From NCBI GenBank assembly GCA_905178155.1, contig CAJINV010000033.1:22736-86735 (forward strand): 64,000 nucleotides of DNA, read 5' to 3'. This DNA comes from Amoebophrya sp. A120. Lineage: Eukaryota > Protista > Dinoflagellata. The notes beneath the pieces were generated by a model. It was not told where the DNA came from. It saw only the letters and a program-made list of their open reading frames with translations, and made no database searches. The translations under genes were made by a program, and so were the position numbers. Numbering within the stretch: position 1 is the first letter of the stretch; each line of letters starts with the position of its first letter. Shown here piece by piece: positions 12,510-25,900 of the stretch.

Positions 12510-13963
12510 CTGGCGTCCATCTCTGCGACGACCCTCCAAGACGCAGCCGGCCGGGGGTGGGTGTGTCACCATCAGAAGTGTGCACTGCGAGCAGGATCGA
12601 GGGGTGCGCCATCTGCAAATCAAAAAATCGCACTGCGCAAGAAGTGAACACCGGGAAAGGTTTTTAGTCAGCACAGCAGACACTGCTATCTATCACTGCG
12701 AAAATTTAAATAAAGATGAACTACAGTGTTCCTAGGTGGGCTAGAGCAGCGAAAGAATCGGTTTGATCAACAACACTGGATCTAAGTCAGCATTTGGCCC
12801 TGATCCTGCTTCTTCACCATAGCAGCGACTTATCTTTATATCTTGATCTGGTGTAGCTCTTCTTCAAAACCGGGATAGTAACAGGAGGGCTCAAACACAA
12901 AAAGCAGGCATTCGCATTTTTGAGAGCAAGGGTCTGTCATCAACCCGTTCTCTTTTCGTTTGACCCTGCTTCGTAGTTGATCGCGCAGCCGTTTTATTTA
13001 AGGCTGAGATGCAGGAATTCGTTCATCTTTCTATAAGATTTTACGAATGAATCCCTCGCGCCCCGTGACACTTAGCAGGGTGAACGCTCCTTAATTTTTT
13101 TTTTCAGATGCGAGCACAAGATGCGAAAATGAAAAGGAGAATCATTCAACATTGAGCCTGCAGGTCCAAAACTAGTGAAGCATCTCCTAGATTTGATCTC
13201 CCGTGGCCCATTCGTGTAATTCTTTTTACCCCCCCTTATTTCGACATGATAGCACTCCTTCTTCTTGGTGAGTAGTTTTTGGCTGTGATTGGTACAGACG
13301 CGGCGTTTGGTCACACACAAATTCCTGCGGCTAAACATTATTCTTCTTGTCTGTTTTTTGGTCGGCTCCGTCTCCCTGTCTGTTTTTTAAGATTTCCTCC
13401 CGTTGGTATTGGTTTACTTTTGTTTTCATCTCTACAACTACGCTACGAGTTTTCAGTGACGAATGTATGAAGGCGCATACTTTTCATTTTTCCATCGTAT
13501 TTCAAGACTCTCTGTAATAGACCTGCAGAAGATTATAACCCGTGAAAGATTCATCTCTGCTTTATTTCCAAGAAGAAAAGAAGAGACATGAAAAAGGCGA
13601 CGGAGCAGGTCACTTTCTTCACTAGGCGTCGACAGTGAAAAGCAAAAAATGCAAGAACAGTTGCCCCTCCTTGTCCCAGCTAATTTTGCAGCGCTCGGTT
13701 ATCTTCGCGAGGAGCCGCGCCGCGCCCGGGAAAAAAAATATGTTCCGGTGGGTCGCGGTCTTCCCGATCTGGATCAGGAGCAGAATAGCAAGAACCGAGG
13801 AGTTGGCTCATTCCCGTAAAGAAGACAAGAATCCGGCGCGGATTTAAAGACATGTAACAACTTCTACATTATTTACCGAAGCGGGCTCTGGCTTCTGCGG
13901 ATTTGTTTCTAAGTAAAGCGAGAAGAAGAAGAACAACAAAATCCGCAGCGAGAACGGGAAGGG

Positions 13964-16900
13964 ATGTTGAAGCGTCCTGACGTTACAACGCCCCACATGT
14001 CGCGTCGACCCGTGCGGAGTTCAAGTCTCGCGAGGCGGGGGAAAGCCCGGGCGTACTTTGACCAATCGTCTACGACGTGCCGGGATGTAGCTGGCCTGGC
14101 GCGCCTTGTCCACCGACTACAACCCACGAAGAGAGCTGTAGTTTATTTCCCGCTACCTCTCTACGCGCCACTACTATTCCTACTACTTCTACATTTGGGC
14201 GGGTTGACGACACTAACGCAGATATTTTTCCCTGTCAGCGATGACGACGACCGGCCTGGGTCGACGTCGTCGACGACGGCGTCAGGAATTTTTAATCTGC
14301 CCCTCGCCCATGCGGCGCTGTCCGTGCCATCCGGCTACGAGTCCCTCATGTTCGACATCCGAGACCGTGTGCTGGTGTCGGAAAGAGACCTGGAGAAACC
14401 GAAAGCCGACCGGGTCTGCTACGCACTGGGGACAAATAGAGCTGTTGTTCATCTAGTTCTCTACGATCATCATAAGAAAGTGGTAAGTAGTTCTTTTGTA
14501 CGCAGCCTGGTGGTCCTGTAAAAACCGCTCCTGGATAGAGTACCAACATGCGGCCTAATCGTAGTAGCATCCATCTTGTAAAGACCCTCTACGTGGTAGT
14601 CCATCACTTTTTGCTCTCGTGTGGTCTTCCAGTAAATAAGTGCATGAAATAAAACTACCCCCCTTTCGAAGATGAGTGCGGGCTTCATCCTCGAAAACGG
14701 TTCTACACGTGCAACGGACGGCAAGCCTTGAGTGCAGCAAGTGCACAGGCAGAAAATTTCGAAGGAACTGCAAGAGCATCATGCATTTTTTCTGTATCGA
14801 TATCGAACTGAACAACAATCGTTCTGGAATGTCTCAGTTGCATAAGATCTCATCAACGGAGGGACCCTATTGTCTTCCGAACACCCAGCACTTTCTCGGG
14901 GATACGGTATTGCGTACTAGGGTTGTTTGTAGTTTCTTTTTGTTACGATTACCCAACAACCATGCAATGGATGTCCAATGCCGTTTGCCAATCCTAGGCC
15001 TATCTTCACCACCATGGCACTCTATGTGAAGCGGACATGGAGACAGTATTAATCTGTATCAACCTCCCAGGTGCTCTCCCGGCGTCTATTCGGTCCGGAA
15101 GCGGTGGCCGACGCGTTAAAGACTCTGAACGAGTACTTGCAAAAGCATTCCGACGAGCTGTTTCAGAAGTATCGGCAGAAAATGAAGAAGGCCGCCGCGA
15201 GTAGCGCCGCGCTGCCGAACGGGAATGCTGGCAGCAGTGCCACGAAGTCTGGGGCCGCCAAAGACCAGGGCGCTCTTGCTTCTGGCTCGGGCTCCTCTTC
15301 GAGTAGAAATCAGGTCACAAAACTCTCCAGTGAAGGGAGCGGAATATCAAATGCGAACAAGGGCAAGGATCTATCCCAAGCTGAAGCTCCTGCAACCTCG
15401 CAAGTGGAGCTGGACTCTTCGGGGGGCGGTCGGTTCGATGACATGATGAAGACCATTTTTCCGGAGGGACTCGAAGCCACAAACGTTACTGTGGAGGACC
15501 TCGGTATCCAGAGTGAGCTTATTTCTGCCATTGTTCACGATGAACTTGAACATGAAATGCACAAACTACACTCTTGCATTTAGATTAAAAATTGCGTAAA
15601 TTTACTATAAGCAGCATGACAATTGGTGTCGGCTTCTGAGGGGCTACTTCTAGTAGATGAAGTTTGTTGTGGTTTTTGTACCGTATGTAGTCCAACGGCG
15701 GGAATAAGTTTGTACTCCTGCACACTCGACGCCGCGATGCAATTGATGCAGTTGATGGAGGGTGCGTTTCCGGAATCCGATTGGCCGGCGATGCGGGAGC
15801 AGCTGGAAGGGGTCAAGGAGAAGCTGCGCTTGAGAGAACAAGCGAAGCAAGCGTCTTCTGCAACGTCCAAAACTACAACCGGCACGACCGCAAGTGACCA
15901 CAGCGGAGATCAGACAGCCGGCGCCTCAAACGACCAAGGGACGAACAATGCGAGTGGTTCGTCTGCCAGTAGTTCCACAGAGAGCAAGAGAGAAAGGGTG
16001 AAGACGGAAGACGTGGTGGATGGCGACGAAGAGGGCCTGTTCGGCAACAAAACTGCGGAAGAAGAAATCGACGCGCCAAACGGGAACAATAGACCTACAC
16101 AGTCCTCCTCGTCCACACAGGAAGGCGACAACGCAAATGCCGCCGGAGCGGCTGACGAGCAGGGACGAGAAGAACCGACGGAGCAGGGTCATACTGCTAC
16201 GCAAACTCCTAATGCTGGTGCAGGTTCGGATAGTGGTCGTGCAGATACCAGCGAGTATGATAGTGGTACAGGATCTGGTTCTGGTGCGCATCAAGAAACA
16301 GAACCACCTACGGGCTCTTCCAGTCCGCAGGACCAAGGAACGTCGGCCCCAGGAGGCGTCCCCCCGCCGGGAGAACAAGAGGCTGGCAGTGGCGGAGGCA
16401 GCGGCGCCCCTACGTCAGGAGGTTCTTCTCCTGCCACGACGGCCTCTGAGCAAGAAGACCAGCCCCCACCTGCAGGAACTACGGGAACACCACCGGGTGA
16501 AAACAGTCCGACGGAAGCAAGTACGACTGCTACTGCTACTACTCCACCAGCAGCGGAGAGCAATGGCGCTGTTGTTGCCACCACGACCAGTAGTAACATA
16601 GAGGAGAGTTGGCGAACCTCCGAAGACATGCAACTGCTCCGCGAGCAGGCATACTTACTGACGGACAACCAGAAGCGGAAGCACAACGATTACGAGCACC
16701 GGCGGACGAACGAGACGCTGACTGATTGGCGCTCGGAAAAGCGCGCAGAGTTGTTCAAGTACGAACATGAAGGGCACTACGACAATAACCACTTTCAGCA
16801 GCAGGAAAAACGCGCTGTTTTTACGGACGAGTTTACACACACCAACCCGACGGCGTTCATGCGGTTTATGGAACTCTCACACGTTTTATTTACATTGATC

Positions 16901-19900
16901 ACTGGTGCAGGATTTGTGTAGTTTGTCATGCAAAATCACTACGACCAGCCACAGGCACAGCCACCACACGATTACTTCGCATGGAAAATTTTTCCTCTTG
17001 CGCCAAATCAATACCCGGGAAATCCTTGCAGAAGCTGTAATGCAAGACCTACGAGCACAAGCGAAGCTGAGCTCCCCCATTTAGTAACTTTTGCTCTACT
17101 TTTTGCACCTTCGCAAAATCACGTTGTTTATGGATTGCCGCGTTTGTGGTTTCATCGGTCGCTTTAGCATGATGACAACATCATGTAGTTAACAGCGATC
17201 AGTGCTGTCAGCACGTTTGAGAACGGCATACGTTTTACCGCACAGAAGTTCCCGGGAAACGCGTTTGATGCGCAACTGAAGAAGAGCAGCGACATGTACA
17301 GCCGCATGAAAACCAGGAACACGTTTGGCAGCAGTTTGTGGAAGAGGGCCACGCACGAGCACCCGCTCCTGGAGGAGGGCCACATGCCCGTCTTAAACAA
17401 TATGCTGACCATGTTGAGCGAGGCCTCCCGGAAGAGTTCTGGTAAGATTCTCGGTGGTGGAGACACCGGCTTCGACTCCGCAGAAAACGTAAATGTCCGA
17501 CTGCTCGAGGAACCCGAAGACCGCGCGGACGTGCGGCTGTTGGCGCGTTATCTCTGGCCCCAGTACCGATCCCTGAACAACATTTTCGAGCGCGCCGGCT
17601 ACAACTACCTGAGCAGCGTACCACTTTCTTGCGACTTGACACCCGTTTTTTTTTTTTCGTAAAGGTGCTGTCTACTAATACTTCTGCTTTTCAGTGCGTT
17701 GTGCTAAATCTATATGAGCTCCAGGTACGATAGATATGAGAATTAAAAATCACTCAACTACTTAAATTTAAATACTTCAGGATCGCGAGGACGTGAAGCC
17801 GACCCAGCAATCCCGCGAGTCCGTGTTCGCGATTGAGAGCAAATATAGCCGGAAGGAGGACTTCCCTCCCACCAGCAACCAGGTGCAGCACCCCTTCTGC
17901 TACGATAACTCCTGTTTGGAGCGGGACCTGGTCGGGATCCCGGAGAACGAAGTCTTTCTGGACGAAATCCAGGGCAAGCTGTACGAAACCGAATACCGGT
18001 ATTCGCGACCAGAGTTCCGCGCGAAGCAGTTGACTCCGACGACGAAGTTTTTCGGCGCGCAAAAGTACTACATCCGCTTCGGCCCGCGTAACCACTTCCG
18101 GAAGGGGCTTAGGCACAAACACTTGCAACGGCATTGGCAGTACAGCGGTATTACTGCATCCGCCGCGGCACCGCGGGTGGAGGACCAGCAGTCTTCAGTT
18201 GTAGATACTGCAGGCGGGGGTGATGCTGCTGCTGCACGGGACATAAATGTGCAAGATGAAACACAAACTGCATCATCCCCGGCCGCGTCAACAACTTCTA
18301 GTCCCTCTACTTCAACTTCCGTAAAACCAAAGCACCTGGATATTACACTGAAAAATGCCCCCACCCCAGGACTTCTTGCGAGCATTTGTATTGCAAACCT
18401 TTGCAATGGGAACAACCATCCCCGTCTTACTATAGTATCAGCATCACAAATTTGCCATGCTGAAAGGCTCAAATTTGTGCTGCAAAGGAGCCCACCGGCC
18501 GGCGGATCTGTTATGCAAAAGATACCTTGCGCGTCTAGATTCTATCTGCATCAGGAGGGCTCGTGCTTAGTCCTTTCATGCAAGACAAAAAGACTTTCAT
18601 TTGAAAACCTTATGCATGAGAAACTTTTGCAAATTCCAGGGTGTGCGCATTTTTCATCGTAGTACTGGACCCTCAATTGTCGACTTTTTACCTGGCGAAC
18701 CTACAGGAGGACCTGTCCTATTGAAAGGAAAAACTCCCCCTCCCCACATCAAAACGGAATTTCTGATGCTGGATTTGTGTACACAAATCAGCTATGTATT
18801 GCAGAGAGACATTGCGGCCAGATCCCCTGGCTAGGTAGGGGCGTATTGGTCTAGTTGTTCAGCACGGCAAACGGCTCCCCTTTAGGCTGAACAGCATGAG
18901 AAGTCGACTCCATAATAGGGCGGAAGCTTCTGCCCTTGTCTTCTTGCAAGACAAATCTGATTTGTGACCCCAAATCAGCAACACAAATTTTCGAAAACAT
19001 ACCCTTTCAATATGGGGAGGGGGGATTTTTCTTCACAATATGTCCACGCAGATGCTTTACCACCGCGGGTACGTGCACGGGATGACCTTCGAGGAAAAAC
19101 TCAGCCGCTTTTCCGTCGACCGCACGTTTTTGCGGTGGAAACCCAAAGAGCCGACGGAGCATTCGATGCTGGACCGCGACAATGCTGAGCAGTGGCAGGG
19201 GAAGGAGTACTCGAAGGAGCTACCAAACCAGAACGCGGTCCTGTCGCTCTTCTCCACGAAGACGGCAACCGTGACGGAAACGGTTCGACTTCCGACGAAA
19301 CCTGCGGTTGACCAATTGCGAGACAGCAAAAAGCTCGAGCGCCGTCTGCTCGACGAGTTTTCGCAAGTGCTTTTGCGCAAGCGGGCGGACATCGTGGAGA
19401 TGCAGAAGAAGGTCCAGGCGTTTGGACCGACCGACTTGCTGGAGAACGCGGGGGCTGGCATGCTGCAACGGCTGCAGACACTGGAACGAGACCTGGCGGA
19501 CCAAGAGCAAAAGTACGCCGCGTTTGCACTGGGGTATGTGGCAGAAGCCGGACCTACTGCATCTTTTTCGCAGCCGACTTCGCTCGACAGCTTGATCGCT
19601 TTGAAGCAGTTGCAGCAGAGTAGCAGTTCTAGTACTTCCTCCGCTGGTGGAAGTAGTAGTACTACGACAGCAACAAGTGCATCATCCTCCTACTCTCCGA
19701 CCGCTTTGTCCTCGAACATCACAATCGTGAACAGGTTGAGAGAGGCGAGCTACTACGAGAACATCGCGGCGTTTCCGACTCTGAGGGCGCTCGTGGAGAA
19801 GAGCAAAACGGCCGAGTCGACGAAGTTCGTGGCGGAAGCGGAAAAGATGGGTGGATCAATTCAACCAAAGAACGGAGATGGCGCGCCAGAGCGCCTGGTG

Positions 19901-22900
19901 GTGGATGACCAAGTCTTTGTCTCGAACAAGGCAGAGCGCATCGCGGAACTGCGACGGGCGGAAACCGGATTTTTGCTCGGACGCGGCGTGATTGGTGCGG
20001 CCCTCAACCGAAGGCACAGTGCGACAGTGGAAAATATAAAATCTTCCGATAGTTGTTTTACACAGCACACGACCTCCCCCGACAAGTCGTTGAGTCCTCT
20101 GGCAGCATCTGTTACTAGTTCTTCAAAAAGAACATCACCAAGCAGGAGCTCGGTGCACCATTATCCCTACAGCATGCAGCCAAAAAGGAACCAAAAGAAG
20201 CGGCTGAAGGTGAAGTTCCAACCCGAAAAAACCTGGGTCCTGGCGGCGCACGGCTTCGTCCCGAAGAGTGAGCAGAGTTGGATCACTTTGGAGCAGCCGG
20301 CCGTGGTTCGCGAGTTGAAGGTGTTTTTTGACAACAAGAAGCCATTGAACTTCGGCAAACTGGAAATTTCCGGCATGAAGCAGGGGGTGGAAATCTGGCG
20401 GCGGCACGTTCTGCAGCCTTCTGACCAGGCGGACTCCGCCTGTCCGGTCGGGTCCCGCGTGTTTTACCAGAAGGAGTCGCAGAAGAAGGTGCGCCAGGGG
20501 CGGGTGGTGCGCCATTTCCCAATGCTGGGGATGATGCAAATCGAGCCCTTCAAGGGGGGCAAGAACGGGAAGGTCCTTGGTTCGCGGTTCTCTGCCTCGG
20601 CCGCGAGGTCGTCCCGGGGGCAGTACCCCTACCGGTTTCCGGTTCTGTTCCGGAAGCAGTCCGAGGTGGCCAACGACAAAGGGATCAACTGTGCCAAGTA
20701 CGCCGTCACGAGGCACTTCACGAAAAAGCTGCAGGACGAAGGCATGGCTTCCACCGGGGCCGGGTTTGTGCGTCGTGATCTTCATCTCGGGGGGGAACGA
20801 GAGGCGGAGACCACGCTGACACCACCCACGTCGGTGGACGAAACTACAAGCAACAGTTCTAGAAGCAGCGCGGCTGCAGCAGGAACGCAGGCTAGTAAAA
20901 GTCAGCAAATAAGGCCGACGTCCGGAGGGTCCTCTGAGGACTTAGTTTTCAAAAAGAAGTCACCAATGTCCCGCCGCCGGCGCGTTGTGAAGATCACGGA
21001 CGGAGCATTGGAAACGGTCGACACGATCTTTTTCCGTTGGCAGTTGCGCAAACCCAGTCTCGCTGCGGATCAGGTAGAAGATCAAGATAGCGATAGCGCA
21101 TCTTCAAGAAGTAGTGGAGCAAATGCCCCTAGTACAACCTCATCTTCTTCAAGCCAAGATCCTTTTTGGGGCGTGGATTCTTTCACGCTCGCCTACGTCC
21201 AAGACCCGATTGCGCTCTGGGACGCCCACAACCTGCGGGAAATGTGGTACCAGGAGCAAATGCGGCGAGCGGAGGAGATCATTTGGACCAACGTGCGCGA
21301 CGCTTTTGAGTTCCCAAACAGCCCGCGAGACCGAAACCCGCAAGACGATTATCCTCGAGAAAAGTTCGTAGTACACCAAGCTGCACACCTTAAAGTAATC
21401 AAAATCTGGTGCTTTTTATTTTTTCTCACGAGAATAAAGCGACTGAGCTACAATAAAGGCAATGCTATACCATCATATGCAAAAGGAGAATCAGTATCAG
21501 AATGTTGTATCATGCGGAGAAGTAGAATGTTGAGATACTTGGAAAGTCATGCTGAACATCCACCAGCGGTGGACCACTGCCACTTGCTGTGACACGACAA
21601 ATGAATGCGGCATGGCGAAGAATATTTTGGCTTCCGGTTATTTCAAGTGCAGGTGTGCAGCTTTTCCGCTTGATAGCTCGGCGGCCGCGGGGGGAAACAC
21701 ATCTTTCGAGCCTTCGGAGAGCTTCGCGCAAGAGACCACTTCGTCCCTCCTGGAGGTGTCTACCCGGCAGCGCACCCACGAAATAGTTCGGACGGGCAAC
21801 GTGACGAATGGGCACACATACGACACCAGCGCAGTGAAGTCCTGGTCCGGAACCGGGTCGTACAACGACTGGTGGGCGAAGAATGCGATGTTCCGGGAGG
21901 AAGAGGAGGCGGGCTACCGAATCGTTTCCATGAACGTCACCGCCTGGGACTTTACTGCCGAGTGGAAAGCGCGGTCGGACTACAGGAAGGAGAAAGCGGC
22001 GCTAGAAGCGAAATATGAGTCGGAATTAAGTGCTTGGAAAAACCGAACGGGGACAGCAACAAGCGAGGGAGGAGCTGCGGCAGAGGCAGCAGCAGGGGTC
22101 CCGGATCCGGTTGCAAGTGCAACGTCTCCGCCGGCAGAAGATGGTCCACCTCAGCACGTCGAGACAGAACCCGTGAAACCGACGCTCCCCGTTCTGACCG
22201 ACCAAGATTTGAACCGCGCGGCGCACTCGACGGGCGGAAATGTCTACACGAAGCGGCGGTTTTGGTCCAAACACGCCGAATGGACGACGTATGGGCATGC
22301 GAGGCCGGGGGGCTGGTTCTACCATAACGTATCCAGGAAAAAAACTGTGTAAGTGTAACTTTCTTTGAGGAACAGCATCACAAATTTGCCCTACATGACA
22401 GAGAAAACCTGTCATGCATGGTTTGTAAGGGAAAACACACATGAAAAGAGGACTTCATGGCTGTCTGGCATGACAGGCGTAACTCTGTTGCATCTTCTGC
22501 AACACAAATTTACACTTACACAGTTTTTCTTTTTTTCTTGCATACAACGATCTGAAGTACCAGTACGACGCTTTTCTCCGCTATGCAAGAAAAAAACTGT
22601 GTAAGTGTAAATCTGTGATGCAGAAAATGTACAACAGTTACACTTGTCATGCGCGACATGCATGACCGGCTCGGTTCCTATATGTTTTCCCTTCCTATCT
22701 GCGCATAACAAGTTTTTCCTGTCATTGCAGACAAACTTGTGATGCTGTTTTCCCAAAAGACTTACACTAACACAGTTTTTTTCTTGGATATCCGCACGGT
22801 GTTCCCCGTCGTGACCGCCGGAAGTGGGGAGAAACAGACCATCTACCGGATAAAGTCCACCGACATGGAGTACAATTCCAACGTCGACGCGTTGACGGAG

Positions 22901-25900
22901 CAAGAAATAGAAAACCCTAAGTGGCTGCAGGTGATCAAGGAAAAACTGCTCTCCCTGCCCTTCCACGCGTGGAAGCTCCAAACGGACCAGTTTGACTTGC
23001 ACAAACTGCTCCCGGGCTTCCCCCAGGGCTTCCCGCCGGCCGAGTACGCAGCCGTGCAGGAAAAACGAGAACTGGCGCGATTTTTTATCTGGCAGCAGTA
23101 CGGGTTGTGGCTACGACGCCAGTCCGCGTATTGTGAGCGGTCCGGGACCGTGTACTGGAGCAAGTTGAAGCGGCCGTGTTTCAACGAGGGGCTGTTTGAG
23201 CACAGCAGTTACGACGTTTCGGACATTTTGAAGACCAGCAGCGTCTGGATCCCGGAGCAATTTTTGCAAACACCGACTATGACCGGCTCGGGCATGACAA
23301 ACACCGGGTCCTCCTCCTTCGCGGTGGCGAAAAAGAACGTGTACGACACGTACTCGGGTGGGGATAAAAGGTTCTACAACCGCGTCGGCACGGAGAAGGA
23401 CGGCGCGGTGAAACTAGTGCACGACTCGAAGCGCGACGGCTTTTACGGAGAGGGACACAACCCGGAGCGGTTGTCGAAGCTGATCGAGAGCAAAAAGCTC
23501 TTCAAGGAGCGCAAATACGACGACGTGCCCGCGGTGGCCTTCGACACGAGCCATTTACGGACCGCGGCCGACTGCATCCGCCTCAAGGCGGACTACGAGG
23601 CCGGGCGGGACGTGACGGGAAGGCAGCGGCGTGGTCTGCTGGAGGAGTCTGGTACTAGGAGCGAGGTGGAAGTACAACGACCCATCCCATTTACGAACAA
23701 CAACGTAGTTGTTGAAGATTTTTATCCGACGGAGGTGTCGAGGACGAGAGAAATAACGCGACAGGAAGATAAAAATTCACACCGCTTTCGGTCGTGGCAG
23801 GCCATCGGGAATTTGCAACTGCATCACCGGATGTACTGCGGATCCAACGACGCCATCTTTTTCGACGAAGCGGGTGGCGTCGGCCGCCACGTCAGCTTGA
23901 AAAAGTACCGAAACGCGTGGGACTTTTATCTCAGTCGGAATCGGGACGACCAATCAAACTCTTTTGAGGATACAGAGCCGAAAAGGGTAAAGCTCGACCC
24001 GTATTACAGTGTGGTGCAGGTGTTGCGGCAGGGGGACACGAAGATCAACGAGATCTCCGGGGCAGCGGTCATGTGGAGCAGCAACGAGTTGCTGACGTCC
24101 GATTTGCAGGTCATCAAGCGGTATCAAATGTAAAAATGTCTGGGTCTGGAAGGTTGGAACTTGTCATGCGAAATCTGAATCAGGCAAAAAACTGTGTTGC
24201 ATGATTGCCAAAAGTTGTGCACTTTTGACCTAATCGAGAGGCAGTTTCTCATGCAGGATAGGCATGAGAATGAGAAAGGTCTCGCAGAATCTGTCATGCT
24301 ATGTCCTACATACCACACCTCATGGGTCATGGAAAACCTGCATGCCAAATCTCGTAATCTTCCAGACCCAGACATTTTTACAATCCATAAGCGGTCCGAG
24401 CTGGAAAAGGCCCGGGTGCGGGAGTACAAACGGAAGTACGAGGGAAAACGGAATTCGGATGAGAACAAAGACGAAGCGAAAGACTTGCTCGGATTGATCT
24501 CTTCCATGGTCGGCTCGCTGTTCGGCTCTGGGGACAGCAGTAAAGAAGAAGCTTCATCCTCCGCCGATTCCGCGGCGAGTTTGGCAAAAGGCCCCGCAGG
24601 GTTTCTTATCGCGCCCACCGCGGTGTACACGAGCAACAGGCTGCTGCAGATTTTGGAAGACATCCTACAATACCCGGACTACTTCCTCTCGGGAATCGCG
24701 TTACCAAGGGACGTGGAGTCGCTGCAGTTGACGGATACTACTGGAATAAGGGACCGCGCCGGGGGGTCTTACTTCGCAGCGGATAATTTAAAAAATGCCT
24801 TTCCCTCCTCTAGAAATAGCCACAGCAAGAGCAGAAAGAAATCTCGTAGAAATTCCCGAAAAACTGCATCCAAGTCCACCTCTTCTGCGATCGTTGGCGC
24901 TGCGAAGCTGCAGTGGAACATGGTTTCCGTGGACGGGGAAACCGGCGAGCTGTGGCAGAACGGCACGAGACGGGTTTCGAAGCTCGATGGGGGGCCCAGT
25001 TTGCTCGTAGAGCTCGAGGAGGAACAAAATCATCTTCAACACAAAGAAGCGGCGCCAGCTTCCTCTACGATCCCGGGAGCGGAAGTAGATGCTACGACTA
25101 GCGGCGCAAGCGTCGCTTCGACCGTCGTAGCTGCGGGCGGGGAAGAACAAGGGGAAGCAGGAGTAGTACATGACGAGGCAAGATCTTCAGATTCACGACA
25201 AGGGGTGAACAAAACTCCCACCACGGTAGCCTCGACCGAAAATGATGCTCAGGTAGAAGAATCTTCCCAAGTGATTGTGCCGAAGAAATTCAGCAGAGCA
25301 GGATCAAAAAGTCACTCTGGTGAACCAACAAGCCCCAAAAATTCGTTGCTCGAAACCAACAGTCTGAACGACTTTCTGATCCAAACGGCCTACCTGCTCG
25401 GGTTCCTGGGCGAGGCGGCTTCGTACGACGACCAGGGCCAGCATCTCTCGGATTACAAGAACTTCGAACGGTTCTTCCAAACGGTGCTCGAGCAGCGGTC
25501 CATCGCGTTGTCGGAAGTGCTACGCGCCATGCGGGAGTACAAAGTTTTTGGGTACTATTCCCGCGAGTTGCTGGCAGAACATAGGAAAAGACAGAAAATG
25601 ATGCTGGAACAAGACCGCGGGAAGCAGGATAGTACTTCTAAGTGGGATCTTCATCATACACGAGTTGTAGAGGGAAGTAGAACATCAATATCGACACCAA
25701 GAAGAACTACTACTGCGTCTTCTAGTTCCTCTGCAGAAGGGGGAGAAGAAGACGGTGCAAGCGGGTCGGGATCGGACTACTCTTCAACGACAGGAGATGA
25801 ATCTACGGGGTCTGCTGGATCAGGGTCGTCCTCCGGCGTCGAGGGCAGTAGTAATTCAAGACATTCCGACTCCGTAGACACGGATCTTGGGGCGGATCTT

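Noticed and set aside
11707-12651. 314-aa minus-strand ORF and similar antisense ORFs (20135-20908, 34901-35548, 53928-54758)
   Set aside because: They are shadows of GC-rich + strand coding sequence with no recognisable domains.
16882-17235. Apparent CGTTT TSD around TAT...ATA (16887-17230)
   Set aside because: There is no real TIR and excision would shift the frame. A GT-AG intron at 16905-17195 joins the ORFs in frame.
22330-22790. Repeat-spacer-repeat pattern with a 32-nt spacer suggestive of CRISPR
   Set aside because: The repeats are inverted TIR pairs of two family-D elements, the spacer is an in-frame micro-exon, and there are no cas genes.
24194-24394. ORF-track starts at 826, 19040, 22739, 24194 and 52774 taken as gene starts
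   Set aside because: These starts lie inside introners. The ORFs are internal exons of larger spliced genes.
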